Part shown: positions 1 to 10,215 of the stretch, one piece after another
How the letters are laid out: each line of letters starts with the position of its first letter
Position numbering within the stretch: the first letter of the stretch is position 1
Assembly: GCA_029288835.1 (NCBI GenBank)
Contig: JARIGN010000002.1
Span: forward strand, 1-54,217
Source of the DNA: Candidatus Kaiserbacteria bacterium
GTDB lineage: Bacteria > Patescibacteriota > Minisyncoccia > Phycocordibacterales > Phycocordibacteraceae
Direction of reading: 5' to 3'
DNA length: 54,217 nt
Notes under the pieces: model-generated
What the model was told of the DNA's origin: nothing
Databases searched by the model: none
The model's input: the letters and a program-made list of their open reading frames with translations, nothing else
Translations under genes and position numbers: made by a program

Positions 1-36
1 GCCGGCGATGCAAAGCATCGCCGGCCTTTTCTTTTA
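1..36 (+). terminator. Rho-independent terminator hairpin, possibly bidirectional
   Basis: GCCGGCGATGC-AAA-GCATCGCCGGC is a perfect 11-bp stem followed by CTTTTCTTTT. It sits just past the stop of the minus-strand pilin operon. Confidence 0.7.
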
Positions 37-73
37 TCGCATCATTCAGATCTTCTTCCACTTAAACACCCGC

Positions 74-499
74 CTACGGCGTCTCCGTCCAGTTCGCAAC
101 AATTGTTGGTGTAACCTGAGAGGTCGTAATAGTGATGTTCTTGTAGAGTGTTGCATACTGGTCGCTCAGCGTGATGGTCTTTGTCGGCGCGGTACCGCTA
201 ATAGAATAGGTGCACGTACTTCCCTGCACCGAGAGCGTGCCGCTTGAAACAAGGCTCGTTGAATTTCGCACATTCATCAGAAGAATTTCCCCACACTGGT
301 CTGCCATAGTGCGTAGCTTGGCTGCATTTGCCGCGGTGTCGGTGCGTGTCGTTGCAAAGGCGCCAATGGTGCCAGCACCAAGCGCGAGCACGGTCAGAAT
401 GCTCGTAATAATGATGATGACATAGAGAAAGGCAAAGCCGCGCGGCTGCCCACCACGAGGGCGATGAGTAGCACAAGGTTTTAGATAGAAATGTGTCAT
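74..499 (-). CDS. PilX/GspK-like minor pilin (locus 1)
   Basis: Basic leader then RG|FAFLYVIIII hydrophobic helix lacking Glu5. Last gene of the minor-pilin run. Confidence 0.7.
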   Translation of the reverse strand: MTHFYLKPCATHRPRGGQPRGFAFLYVIIIITSILTVLALGAGTIGAFATTRTDTAANAAKLRTMADQCGEILLMNVRNSTSLVSSGTLSVQGSTCTYSISGTAPTKTITLSDQYATLYKNITITTSQVTPTIVANWTETP

Positions 500-500
500 A

Positions 501-1007
501 TCATCGAAGGGTGACTGTTGCGTAATAAGTGCGGGAAAAATTCTGATAGGACGTGCCTGCGGGATTTGCTGCGCTAAGGGTGAGCACTACTCGGAAAGAA
601 CCATCGGTGCCCGAGACGCTCAAGTTTGATACTGAAAACTGCGTCACCTTCACATCCCCTGTGGTAAGCTGGCTTGCACCTGAACCTGTATTCTCGGTAA
701 GCGTATTTCCGGAAAGTGCAAAGATCACAGGCGAAGCAGAACCGGCAACTTGGAGAGAGAGCGTGCTTGAAGTAGCACTGGTGGAGGGAGTATTTATCAC
801 GGTTGCATTCCTTACTGCTTGAGAAATTTGGTAGAGGGCAAAATTTGCTTCTCGATCCACCGCACTAATTGCCGCGTTTCGCTTTTCCGCCTGAAGTGAG
901 ACCATAAGAATCGAGGTAGCCGTCAGCGAGAGCAGCGAAAGCAACGCCACGGCAATAATAACCTCGATGAGCGAATATCCTTTGAAGTGAGTGGTTCTCC
1001 TTTTCAT
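501..1007 (-). CDS. Minor pilin, PilW/GspJ-like (locus 1)
   Basis: Prepilin site KG|YSLIEVIIAVALL; typical 'YQISQAVRNA' helix and terminal 'TVTLR'. Confidence 0.8.
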   Translation of the reverse strand: MKRRTTHFKGYSLIEVIIAVALLSLLSLTATSILMVSLQAEKRNAAISAVDREANFALYQISQAVRNATVINTPSTSATSSTLSLQVAGSASPVIFALSGNTLTENTGSGASQLTTGDVKVTQFSVSNLSVSGTDGSFRVVLTLSAANPAGTSYQNFSRTYYATVTLR

Positions 1008-1009
1008 AC

Positions 1010-1855
1010 TTATTCGCTTAGGCTAACACTTTCGCTTGAGCCATCATCAAAGATAGGAGCGATCGTTATTGTGTAGCCTTTTATATTTCCGCTAAAAAGT
1101 ATTTGGAAAGACTGGGTCGCAGCACCACTGAGCACAATACTCTTACTGAGTGTCGTGGTTGCACCACTATCAACAGCTCCCGGTCCGAAGACGGTAGTGG
1201 TATTTGGGCTATAGATATTTTTAAGCGTGATCTTGCCACCACTTCCCCCTGACCACGAAACTCTGAATGCCGTAATAGTCGTCGTTGCGATATCACCCGT
1301 AGTAGAGAAACTAAGCCCCGTTAGTTCAGCATTTCCCTTCGTGAGGGTAGCCGAGGAGGTAGCGATGCTCGTATAGGCAACTTCCGTGCCAATGCTCTTT
1401 CGCCAATTGGTGAACTGCTCAGCAAGAGAGACGGTGGAGGTTGCACCCTGAGTATTCCAACTCACGCTCGAGGTTGCCTGGACATGATCGGCATCCAGTG
1501 AGGTAAGTGCAATGGTACGCATATACCCATCGGTATAGTCTGCGGTTCCGTTATAAGACCATTTGTTTCCACTTTGTGAAAGGCCATGTGTTCCCGGAGT
1601 TAGCATGCTGAAAGATTGGTCACGAATGGAACGGCTCGCCTCTATACCCTCTTCCGCAAGCCACCAGGCCTTGGATGAATTAGCTGCACGCTCTGAAGCG
1701 TTGTTGGCATAGAGGTAGGCATTCATTGCAATGGTCGCTACTACTCCAAAGATGGAAACCGCCACCACCGCTTCGACAACACTCATGCCCCGTGCTCTTT
1801 GCCGTTTCGTATCGTTCTCTTTTCTTATCGTGTTTTTTACCTTGGCTTTTATCAT
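1010..1855 (-). CDS. Minor pilin, PilV/GspI-like, with extended Ser/Thr/Gly-rich C-terminal domain (locus 1)
   Basis: RG|MSVVEAVVAV prepilin site; 'LAEEGIEASRSIRD' motif of PilV-like pilins. Confidence 0.8.
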   Translation of the reverse strand: MIKAKVKNTIRKENDTKRQRARGMSVVEAVVAVSIFGVVATIAMNAYLYANNASERAANSSKAWWLAEEGIEASRSIRDQSFSMLTPGTHGLSQSGNKWSYNGTADYTDGYMRTIALTSLDADHVQATSSVSWNTQGATSTVSLAEQFTNWRKSIGTEVAYTSIATSSATLTKGNAELTGLSFSTTGDIATTTITAFRVSWSGGSGGKITLKNIYSPNTTTVFGPGAVDSGATTTLSKSIVLSGAATQSFQILFSGNIKGYTITIAPIFDDGSSESVSLSE

Positions 1856-1880
1856 GAATTTTTCCTATCTATCCTCATGT

Positions 1881-2336
1881 CTAACTTGAAGCTCCCATAC
1901 TCGAAGTGACGACCGAGCTCGAAGCATACGTGGTACTGAAGGTGGTCGTGCTAACACTTGCCGGAAGGCCCGTAAATTTTGCAAAGTCTATCTCCGTAGC
2001 ACCACTGAGCGTAATCCCACCAGGCAAGGCAAAAATACGATCCTGTGCGACGGTGCGGGTGGCATACGTGCTTCCCTCAAATTCAATTGCTTCACTTGGA
2101 CTCGAAAGTACTTTCACTCCCCATGCGCTATTAAGCATTTCGGTACGCGAGCGAAGCGACGCGTCCGCAAGGATAGAAAGCAGTGTTTGGCTTGCCTGTC
2201 GTGGGCTATACGTAGCGAGCACGGCAGAATTCGAGGTAGCAACCACGCCTCCAATGACTCCGGCAATAGCGAGCGCCACGAGTAGCTCGATGAGCGAGTA
2301 GCCGCGAGCACCATGGCTCGGCGCAATATGAGCCAT
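1881..2336 (-). CDS. Minor pilin, FimT/FimU/GspH-like (locus 1)
   Basis: RG|YSLIELLVALAI prepilin site; 'AWGVK' and 'EIDFAKFTGLP' GspH-like features. Confidence 0.8.
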   Translation of the reverse strand: MAHIAPSHGARGYSLIELLVALAIAGVIGGVVATSNSAVLATYSPRQASQTLLSILADASLRSRTEMLNSAWGVKVLSSPSEAIEFEGSTYATRTVAQDRIFALPGGITLSGATEIDFAKFTGLPASVSTTTFSTTYASSSVVTSSMGASS

Positions 2337-2337
2337 A

Positions 2338-3441
2338 TTAAAAGTGGAGACCTATCTGATAAATCGGAAGCAGGATACCGAGGCAGAGGAAGGCGACAAT
2401 ACAGCCAATGACGAGGATGAGTGCAGGCTCAAGAAAGGCAGGAATATTCCGCGAGGCGGCATCTACCTTCCCTTCATAAAGCGTGCCCACTTTAATAAAG
2501 GTATCGGAAAGCGTGCCCGACTTTTCGGCTGCTACGACCATCTGCCGAACCGCACTGGGAAGCACCGAGGAAAGGTTTTTATATTCTGCAAAAAGTTTTT
2601 GGAACGAATATCCTTCATCGATACGGTCACCCATGTATTCAAAAAGTGACGCGTAGTTTTTGAAGGTGGTCGTGGTGGGAAGAATATCGAAGATAATCGG
2701 AAGCGGCGTGCCTGCCTGGATCATCGTCCCGACGATAAACCCGAAGCGCGAAATCTCCGTACTGCGAATGAGTTCCTTAAAGAGCGGCAGATGGAAGAGC
2801 ACCGTATGGCCGATGAAGCGCGTTTTGGGAAACGAAAAAAGGAAATAAAAGAGCGAGAGAAACACAAGCACGAAGGCAGGAATGAAGATATAGCCAAAAC
2901 GCTGCAAAAAACTTCCCGTGCTTATGATGATGCGGGTGCTGAGCGGGAGCGGCACGTTAAAGGCCGTGAAGAAGGTGGCAATCTGCGGAAGGACATACCA
3001 GGCCGTGCCGATTCCCACCACGAGCGCGATGATCAACACAAAGCTTGAGTACGCGAGCGCAGAGCGAATACGCGAGCGGAACTGAGCCTCTTTTTCATTT
3101 TGTGCTGCGGCAATCATAAGGTTTTTTGAAAGTTGCCCGGAGGTCTCGCCAATCGTGACGAGCGCAAGCGTATAGGAATTCACCACGCCTGCCTTCTCAA
3201 GTGCCTTGGAGAAAGACATGCCTTCATCCACATCCTGCAAAATTTCCTTCACCACGGAGCGCATGCGTCCTGGATGTAGCTCTTCGTATACGGAAGCAAG
3301 CGCCGTCTCAATATTCATTCCCGCTGAAACAAGGATGGAAAGATTTTGTATGAAAAAACGGGATTCATTTTGGAGACCAAACGAGCGTGCCTGTAAAAAA
3401 GCCTTTCGCTTGAGGGTGAGCGGGTGAGCAGTGTTCTCCAT
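2338..3441 (-). CDS. pilC: Type IV pilus/T2SS platform protein (PilC/GspF), locus 1
   Basis: Two GspF repeats (GETSGQL; AEKSGTL), 'RIRSALAY', 'LEPALI' and terminal 'LLPIY'. Confidence 0.92.
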   Translation of the reverse strand: MENTAHPLTLKRKAFLQARSFGLQNESRFFIQNLSILVSAGMNIETALASVYEELHPGRMRSVVKEILQDVDEGMSFSKALEKAGVVNSYTLALVTIGETSGQLSKNLMIAAAQNEKEAQFRSRIRSALAYSSFVLIIALVVGIGTAWYVLPQIATFFTAFNVPLPLSTRIIISTGSFLQRFGYIFIPAFVLVFLSLFYFLFSFPKTRFIGHTVLFHLPLFKELIRSTEISRFGFIVGTMIQAGTPLPIIFDILPTTTTFKNYASLFEYMGDRIDEGYSFQKLFAEYKNLSSVLPSAVRQMVVAAEKSGTLSDTFIKVGTLYEGKVDAASRNIPAFLEPALILVIGCIVAFLCLGILLPIYQIGLHF

Positions 3442-3443
3442 AG

Positions 3444-5105
3444 TTAGCGCGCCGGCGCAACACGCACCACTTCCTCGATAGTCGTGATGCCGGCGCGCGC
3501 CTTCTCAAGCCCGTCTTCAAAGAGCGTCTTATTTCCCTGCTTGGTACTGAGCTCTTCAATTGCCCCTGCGGATGGTCGCTTCCCGATGAGCTCTTTAAGT
3601 TCCGGAGTCGCTTCAATCATCTCGACGATGGACACACGGCCCTTATATCCTGACCCGTTACAGGTTGCGCATCCTTTTGCGCGATACAGGGTAACCTTTG
3701 CCTCAGGGAAGTATTTCTTTGCGCCACCTTCGCTGCTGTCAAAATATTTTTCAAGCTCGGCGCGTGAGGCTTCATAGCTCACGCGGCATGCTTCACAGAT
3801 GCGGCGCGCGAGGCGCTGCGCCACCAGGAGCTCGAGCGTCGACGCAAGCAGGAACGGTTCCACCTGCATATCGAGCAGGCGGGGAATAGCGCTTGCGGCA
3901 TTATTCGCATGAAAAGTGGAGAGCATGAGGTGGCCGGTGAGTGCGGCATTCACCGCCGTTTCTGCCGTTTCGAGGTCACGAATTTCGCCCACGAGAATAA
4001 TGTTTGGGTCCTGGCGCATTACCGCGCGAAGGCCGCGCGCAAAGGTGAGGTCCGTTTTTGGATTTACCTGAATTTGGTTCGTCCCTGCCATGCGGTATTC
4101 AACCGGATCTTCAATCGTCGTGATGTTTATTTCCGGCGTATTAAGCTGGCGCAAAAGCGCATAGAGCGTGGTGGTCTTTCCGGAACCTGTCGGGCCCACG
4201 GTGAGGATCATACCGAATGGTTTTGCCGAAGCACGCGCAAGGAGCTCGCGATGGTGTGCGGAGAAACCAAGCGCTTCAAAGGAAAGGCTTTGGATATATT
4301 CCGCAAGAATACGAATCACCGCCTTTTCCCCTTCTAGGGTCGGCACGATAGAAAGACGCAAATCTATCGGCGCAGCGTTTTCATTTTTTCGTTCAAAACG
4401 AATCGCGCCGTCCTGGGGCAAAAAGTGTTCGTCGGTGCGCAGGTTAGACTGAATCTTCATGCGATTCAACACGCTTTCATAGTGCTCGCGTGAAATAGTA
4501 CCGGCATGCTGCAAGACACCGTCGATGCGGAAGCGAATCACCGTCGCGTCGCGCGCCGGCTCAAAATGCACGTCAGACGCATTGTACGAAAGCGCGTCAC
4601 GGATGATCTCGTCAAAAAGCTCCGGCGCGACGCGGCGGTCATGCTTCACAATTTCTGCAAAGCGCGTATTCAGCTCCTTTTGGTAGCGGGTGAGGTACAG
4701 GTCAATCTGCTGGGGCGACGCATAGGTGAGGTGAAGCTCTTTTCCGGGGAAAAGTTTTTGCGCTTCTTCTGCAAGGGTTGGCTCCTGCAGTGAGTCGCTT
4801 GCAAGCCGAAGGGACCCGTCTTGATTCTCCTCCACAAACACGAGACGCAACCGTCGCGCTTCCGTTTCAGGAATCATTGCAAGCACCTCCGCGGAAGGAC
4901 TCCGCGCAGAAAGGTCGGTATAGGTAGTGTGATAATGCTCTGCCATCGCACGGCCGAGGGTAGTTTCATCGAGGAGCTCCTGGCGAAGGAGGTATTCGAT
5001 CGGTGTACTGTTTTGTCGCGCCGCCTGCGTCTTTGCTTCCTCGGCATTTTCTGCCGTTATGTAGTCTTGCTCAACAAGGATTTGAAGAATATCTTGTTGC
5101 TCCAT
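3444..5105 (-). CDS. pilB: Type IV pilus assembly ATPase (PilB/GspE), locus 1
   Basis: Walker A GPTGSGKTT, TIEDPVE, RQDPNIILVGEIRD, TGHL-STFH, and an intact CEAC...CATC zinc motif. Confidence 0.95.
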   Translation of the reverse strand: MEQQDILQILVEQDYITAENAEEAKTQAARQNSTPIEYLLRQELLDETTLGRAMAEHYHTTYTDLSARSPSAEVLAMIPETEARRLRLVFVEENQDGSLRLASDSLQEPTLAEEAQKLFPGKELHLTYASPQQIDLYLTRYQKELNTRFAEIVKHDRRVAPELFDEIIRDALSYNASDVHFEPARDATVIRFRIDGVLQHAGTISREHYESVLNRMKIQSNLRTDEHFLPQDGAIRFERKNENAAPIDLRLSIVPTLEGEKAVIRILAEYIQSLSFEALGFSAHHRELLARASAKPFGMILTVGPTGSGKTTTLYALLRQLNTPEINITTIEDPVEYRMAGTNQIQVNPKTDLTFARGLRAVMRQDPNIILVGEIRDLETAETAVNAALTGHLMLSTFHANNAASAIPRLLDMQVEPFLLASTLELLVAQRLARRICEACRVSYEASRAELEKYFDSSEGGAKKYFPEAKVTLYRAKGCATCNGSGYKGRVSIVEMIEATPELKELIGKRPSAGAIEELSTKQGNKTLFEDGLEKARAGITTIEEVVRVAPAR

Positions 5106-5108
5106 GGT

Positions 5109-5480
5109 TTATTTGGATAGCGTGTCCTGAATGTAGGTCACAATGTCACCAAGACCCACATCAGACTTCACAAAATAATGCGCTGCACCCGCTGCTGCTG
5201 CACGGTTCCTATCGGTGTCCTGGCTTAAGTTAGACATCACCACGACAGGCATCGTATTTCCCTCTTCTTTAAGCTGCTCGATTACCGCGAAGCCATCATG
5301 CTTCGGCATCATAAGATCCATGAGGAGCAATGCGTAGCCGCCTTCTTTAAGTTTTTCTTTCAGAGCATCGCCGTCGTTCACGATATCTGCGTCAATGCCT
5401 GCCTTTTCAAATTTAAGCGCAAGCGCTTTCGCAAGCGGCTTCTCGTCTTCAGCGATAAGGATCTTTTTACCGTCAGTCAT
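5109..5480 (-). CDS. Single-domain response regulator (receiver)
   Basis: ILIAEDE, LLMDLMMPKHDG (phosphoacceptor Asp), MSN, YFVKS; no output domain. Confidence 0.92.
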   Translation of the reverse strand: MTDGKKILIAEDEKPLAKALALKFEKAGIDADIVNDGDALKEKLKEGGYALLLMDLMMPKHDGFAVIEQLKEEGNTMPVVVMSNLSQDTDRNRAAAAGAAHYFVKSDVGLGDIVTYIQDTLSK

Positions 5481-5494
5481 ATTCTTAGTATAGC

Positions 5495-8029
5495 CTAAAG
5501 CGTGCCTGAAAGCGCCTTTGTACCCTCTTTTGCCTTCATGCCGCTCTGCGGTATGTGGATGGTGAAGGTCGTTCCTTTTCCTTCTTCTGACACGAAGGAA
5601 ATGCTGCAGCCTGCTGCCTCAACAATAGTCTTAATGATATAGAGCCCGAGACCCGTTCCTTCTACATCGAGCGTGCGGATGTTGTCGGCACGGAAGAGCT
5701 TCTTAAAGACGCTATTTTGCTGGCCTTTTGGAATGCCGTAGCCATTGTCTGCACAGATGAGGTTGTACCCTTCTGCAGTTTTCTCAAGCGAAAGCGTAAT
5801 AGTGCCGCCCTCTGGCGTGTATTTATAGGCATTTGAAAGAAGATTCTGCACGATGATATGGAGCAGCTTCTCATCAATCGGTATCTGCGGCACGCTTTCG
5901 GGATGGGTGAAGGTAAAGGTCTGCTTCTTTTGTGGGAAAAGCGGTGCCTGCTCATCAACAGCTCCCTGCATCACGTGAATGAGGTCTGCCGGCTCTGGCT
6001 CAATGATGAACGTACCAAGGTCGAGACGTGAGACATCGAGCAGTGCCGCCACGAGCGTATTCATGCGCACCATGGCTTCCTGAATTTCATGCGCATATTC
6101 ACGCTGCGCCTTCGTGAGTTTCTTGGAGTCTTCAAGCAAGAGCTCGACATACCATTTAATGGAGGTGAGCGGCGTGCGAAGCTGGTGCGAAGCCAGCGAA
6201 ACGAATTCCGTCTTTGACTTATCAACTTCATGCTCCTTAGTAATATCATGGAAGATAGCGACGGCACCAATGAGCTCGCCGCTCGCAAGGCGCACCGGCT
6301 GTGCGGTCACGCTCAGGAAGCGCCCATTAGGAAGGGCTGAATGGCGCAAAAAGATTGACATTGCTTCGACGCGCTCGCCCTTAAGGGCTCGCGCAAACGC
6401 CTGATCCTCACTTGGCACGGGAGTCTTCTCATCAACGTAGAATACGCCGGCATGAGGATCGCTTGCATTCGGCGTACTCCCATCAGTGGGCATACCGAGC
6501 AAGGTCTGTGCAGCAGCATTCCAATAAATAATTTTTCCGGCAGTATCCGCAACCATTACCCCATCCCCAATAGAGGAAAGTATCGCCTCATCTTTTACTT
6601 TCTCACGCTCGAGTTCAACGGTGCGCTTTTGGAGTGAGTCAGCCATCTCATCGACGGAGTGCGCGAGCAAGCCGAGGTCGTCCCGCGTCGTGACATTGGA
6701 GCGCGCTGCCCAGTCCCCTTTCGCGAGCCGTGCGGCTTGGGACTTCAGCTGTTCAACCGGCTGCAGAATGGAGCGCGTGGTCATGATTGAAAGCACGGTG
6801 ATGAGGAAGAGCACAATGATAGAGAGGAAGGTAAGGTTTACCTCAATAGTACGTAATTCGTTTTGTGCTTTTGCAGCAGAACCTGCCACTGAAGCTGCCT
6901 CATTGTCCGCAATTTTAGAAAGATACGTCTTTGACTGGTCGATTAACTCGTTTCGTTGATCAAGAAGACTTTGGTAGCTTGCGGCTGGCTTTTTTGCAAG
7001 TACTGCCGCAATGATACTGTCTGCGAGTGAGACGCGCTGTGGAAGACTTGCCTCGTATTCGTTGAGCAACGTAATAGTCTCGGGAAGCTTTGTGTCCTGG
7101 CGAAGTTCAGCACGCTCTGCAGCCACCTGCGCACGCACCGAAGGAATTGCCGACGCATAGGACGGATCCCCAGTCTTCAAGAAATTTTCAAAATTCAACC
7201 GGCTCTGCAGCGTGTCCACCTCGAGCTTAAGCGCGAGCTGCGCCGTGCCAATGCTCTGCTCACGCGCTTGATAGATGCGGGTAATGCTATTGATGGAGTA
7301 CAGTGCATACGCGGAGAAAAGCACCATGATAATAACCACCGTACCGAAACCATAGAGGAACTTTTTAATGATGCTGAGGTTCAAGAACCAATGCGAAAGC
7401 ACTTTCCAGAGCCAGATACCCTCCGTTTCATTCCTGCTGTCTTTCCAATAGAGATAGCTGCCAACCAGCACGAACATCACGGCAGTATGCAGCGCGACGG
7501 GGTTATAGATGGAATGGCCATAGACGCCCACGAAATTGTAGAGGTAGGCAGCGATAGCATAGAGTGCTACCAGAATAACTGCGCTATAGAGGATATTTCG
7601 TGCAAAGCGCCACGCATGCGGCAAGAGGAGCGCGCTTCCAAGCATGAAAAAGTCAGCCGCAGTCGCCGGCGCCATTCGATTGATGCCAAGGCGGCTCGTG
7701 AAAAAGATGCGGTCTATTGGAATATCGATGCCGGTACCATATTTAAGCAAAAGTAACCCTCCTACGAGAAGACACATCCCTGCCACAATCCGGCGCACGA
7801 GATGACGCACGCGTTCCGGCACGTGCGGCGCAACGGGTGCGCATTCGAGGAAAAGATAGCAGGCACAGGCGAGGAAGCAGCTCGCCGTGACCGGGTTCAT
7901 CGGCGTGAAGGTCGGCAGGATACTCGTGAAGTACACATTATGGAAGGTCCATCCATAAAGCACGAGGAGGGGGATGAAAAAAATGAAGGTAAGGGGCAGC
8001 CAGCGAACCACTTTTTGGGCGAGGGACAT
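5495..8029 (-). CDS. Membrane sensor histidine kinase (multi-TM, four-helix sensor, HAMP, PAS, HisKA, HATPase)
   Basis: H-box ASHQLRTPLT, N-box NLLSNAYKYT, DNGYGI, GTGLGL; HAMP 'ILQPVEQL...DDLGLLA'; PAS 'ILSSIGDGV...WNAAA'. Confidence 0.93.
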   Translation of the reverse strand: MSLAQKVVRWLPLTFIFFIPLLVLYGWTFHNVYFTSILPTFTPMNPVTASCFLACACYLFLECAPVAPHVPERVRHLVRRIVAGMCLLVGGLLLLKYGTGIDIPIDRIFFTSRLGINRMAPATAADFFMLGSALLLPHAWRFARNILYSAVILVALYAIAAYLYNFVGVYGHSIYNPVALHTAVMFVLVGSYLYWKDSRNETEGIWLWKVLSHWFLNLSIIKKFLYGFGTVVIIMVLFSAYALYSINSITRIYQAREQSIGTAQLALKLEVDTLQSRLNFENFLKTGDPSYASAIPSVRAQVAAERAELRQDTKLPETITLLNEYEASLPQRVSLADSIIAAVLAKKPAASYQSLLDQRNELIDQSKTYLSKIADNEAASVAGSAAKAQNELRTIEVNLTFLSIIVLFLITVLSIMTTRSILQPVEQLKSQAARLAKGDWAARSNVTTRDDLGLLAHSVDEMADSLQKRTVELEREKVKDEAILSSIGDGVMVADTAGKIIYWNAAAQTLLGMPTDGSTPNASDPHAGVFYVDEKTPVPSEDQAFARALKGERVEAMSIFLRHSALPNGRFLSVTAQPVRLASGELIGAVAIFHDITKEHEVDKSKTEFVSLASHQLRTPLTSIKWYVELLLEDSKKLTKAQREYAHEIQEAMVRMNTLVAALLDVSRLDLGTFIIEPEPADLIHVMQGAVDEQAPLFPQKKQTFTFTHPESVPQIPIDEKLLHIIVQNLLSNAYKYTPEGGTITLSLEKTAEGYNLICADNGYGIPKGQQNSVFKKLFRADNIRTLDVEGTGLGLYIIKTIVEAAGCSISFVSEEGKGTTFTIHIPQSGMKAKEGTKALSGTL

Positions 8030-8116
8030 TATCTGCAGTATAGCTTGCGCTTTCCTGCGGGTATTTCTTTTGTGTTAATAACTCGCCCGCCTTACACAAG
8101 GCACGGGTATGCTTTC

Positions 8117-8632
8117 CTATCCCTCCCTATCAAGTGATTTCTTTCGGAACTCACCAATGTTTTGGAGCACAAAGAGTACGAGCGCGAGCGCAGCAAACGT
8201 TTGCACGAGCAAAAGTGCTCGGCCGCTTGCGGTTGCAGGAAGATAGAGCGGGTTAAAGACAAAGACCATGACGCTATGGAGCATGAGGCTGAGCGGATCA
8301 AGCTGGAGCGTTGGAAAGCTCCCCGGCTGCACGCGCATAAGGAAAAGGTATTGGAAGAGGAAAAAGAGCACAAATTCAAGCACGATACCGCACAAGAGTG
8401 TGATCATATGAAGCGCACCACGCACTTCTTCGATAATTTCTGTGGCGAGATAGATGGTCATGACTGAACCGATCACCGCTGCGAGGAGAATGATTCCAAT
8501 ATTTATGCTTGCTGCCTGCGGTAAATGCGAAAACACAAAGGCGTGCAATAGAACAAGCTCGATGATGACGAGCAGCGCATTTCCTAAAATGGAATGTGAA
8601 AACTTGAAGGGTCGCGAGCGAAGCTTGTGCAT
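8117..8632 (-). CDS. Integral membrane protein, possibly two-TM ion-channel-like
   Basis: Four hydrophobic segments. The C-terminal half resembles a TM-pore helix-TM unit (DPLSLMLHSVMVF...PATASGRALL). Confidence 0.55.
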   Translation of the reverse strand: MHKLRSRPFKFSHSILGNALLVIIELVLLHAFVFSHLPQAASINIGIILLAAVIGSVMTIYLATEIIEEVRGALHMITLLCGIVLEFVLFFLFQYLFLMRVQPGSFPTLQLDPLSLMLHSVMVFVFNPLYLPATASGRALLLVQTFAALALVLFVLQNIGEFRKKSLDREG

Positions 8633-8639
8633 GCGGGTG

Positions 8640-8939
8640 TTATGAAAGTGAAGATGATGAAAATAAGGCGAGCTTTTCTTTCCTGCGAAGTCTCTTCAGG
8701 GCTGCTTCGCGCGAACGCGCCGCACTAAGGCTCGGAAGCTCTTCTTTATATTTAAGCACAACCGGGCGACGCATTTTTGTGTAGCGTGCTCCCTGCTTGG
8801 AGGTGTTGTGCTGGGTGAGCCGGCGCGTTAGGTCATTCGTCGAGCCGGTATAGAGGGTGCCATCTGCGCACTCGAGAATATAGACGAATCCTTTTTCTTG
8901 CGCTTCAACTTTTGTATTTTCTTTAGTTTTTACTTTCAT
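8640..8939 (-). CDS. Small GIY-YIG nuclease family protein (YazA/UPF0213-like)
   Basis: [28 protein letters not shown]...GARYT.MRRPV...RE..LK. Start moved to ATG 8939 to avoid overlap. Confidence 0.9.
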   Translation of the reverse strand: MKVKTKENTKVEAQEKGFVYILECADGTLYTGSTNDLTRRLTQHNTSKQGARYTKMRRPVVLKYKEELPSLSAARSREAALKRLRRKEKLALFSSSSLS

Positions 8940-8946
8940 ATAACTC

Positions 8947-10104
8947 CTATTCCCAATCAAGCGCAAAATACTTCTGATACTCGAGAAGCTCGCCCCGCTT
9001 CCATGCCGCGAGCAGGTATCCAGAAAGAAAACTCGTGACGATTCCCGTGCCGCCAAAGCCTGTGCTCGCGATGTACGGCGTGCCAGGAATTGCACCTATA
9101 TAAGGAACGCTGCGCGCGGTCGGGTAGAAGAGCCCGCTCCAAGTCGCCTGGTGGGTATAGGTGCTATCAATGCCGAGAACCTCGCGCGCATAGGTGTCTA
9201 TGCGGGCATATTTTTCTGCATCATGCTCGGGCGTAGGCTCATATTCATGCTCAAAAACGTCTTCTCCACCCACCCACAGGCGGTTCCCCGCAAAAGAACG
9301 AATGTAGTGGTACGGCGCGTCGGTATCCCAAAGGACGGAATCTCGGAAAAGTTCTGGAAGCTGCTCAGGGGTCTTATACGAAACCACAAAGGTACGCTTT
9401 CGCTTGATCTTAAGATCGGGCAAGAGACCGCCGCCGTCTCCCGTCGCAATGATGATATGCTCGCCCGAGTACTCAACACTTTCTCCTGACGCAGGAGCAG
9501 AATTTTCAACAGCCTGCATACTCTTCGGCATGACTGCGCGCACTCTATTCTGATCCAACCCGGTGACACGCGTGTTATACAAAATCTTTCCGCCGTGCTC
9601 TCGCACACCATGCGCAAGTCCTTTCAAGATCTGCTGGTTGTTGGTGACGCCGTCGCCATGGGTGGTGAGTACCGCAAGAATGCTCGGGTGCAGCTGCGGC
9701 GCCACATCAAGCGTGACGTTGGCACCGATCTTCTGGTACTGTTCAAATTTCTTTTCCAAAAGCGCAACGCCTTCGGTGGTATATGAGAAAAAATGGGCCG
9801 GCACCCGCTGCGCATTCCAATGAGGTTCACCAAGCTGGTGCGAGAATTCACTTAAGAGCTCAATACCCCTCTCTGAAACTTCCCAGATATCTTTTGCTCC
9901 CTCGGTTCTAAATACTTCCATGACATGCTCCCACGCTGCATCGGGGTCATGATTCATCTCTGCTGTGGAAGCATAGCTTGCGCTTTGGGTGCCGTCAGTT
10001 GCTTCGAGCACCAGTACGCGGTATCCATCAGCGCTTAAATAATACGCAGCGGAAAGGCCCGCTATCCCTGCGCCCACAATCACATAGTCATAGTGCTCAT
10101 CCAT
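8947..10104 (-). CDS. FAD-dependent oxidoreductase (DAO/PuuB-like)
   Basis: [17 protein letters not shown] dinucleotide-binding motif, IIATG, WSG, C-terminal GFGGTG. Start set at MDEHYD. Confidence 0.85.
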   Translation of the reverse strand: MDEHYDYVIVGAGIAGLSAAYYLSADGYRVLVLEATDGTQSASYASTAEMNHDPDAAWEHVMEVFRTEGAKDIWEVSERGIELLSEFSHQLGEPHWNAQRVPAHFFSYTTEGVALLEKKFEQYQKIGANVTLDVAPQLHPSILAVLTTHGDGVTNNQQILKGLAHGVREHGGKILYNTRVTGLDQNRVRAVMPKSMQAVENSAPASGESVEYSGEHIIIATGDGGGLLPDLKIKRKRTFVVSYKTPEQLPELFRDSVLWDTDAPYHYIRSFAGNRLWVGGEDVFEHEYEPTPEHDAEKYARIDTYAREVLGIDSTYTHQATWSGLFYPTARSVPYIGAIPGTPYIASTGFGGTGIVTSFLSGYLLAAWKRGELLEYQKYFALDWE

Positions 10105-10215
10105 ATACCCCACTATACCGTATTCATTGCAACCACATGCAAAGCCCGTATGATGAGAGTATCTGTGTGATAAATATACAAGGCATTTATTTAGTAAAAA
10201 TAACAACGACGAACT

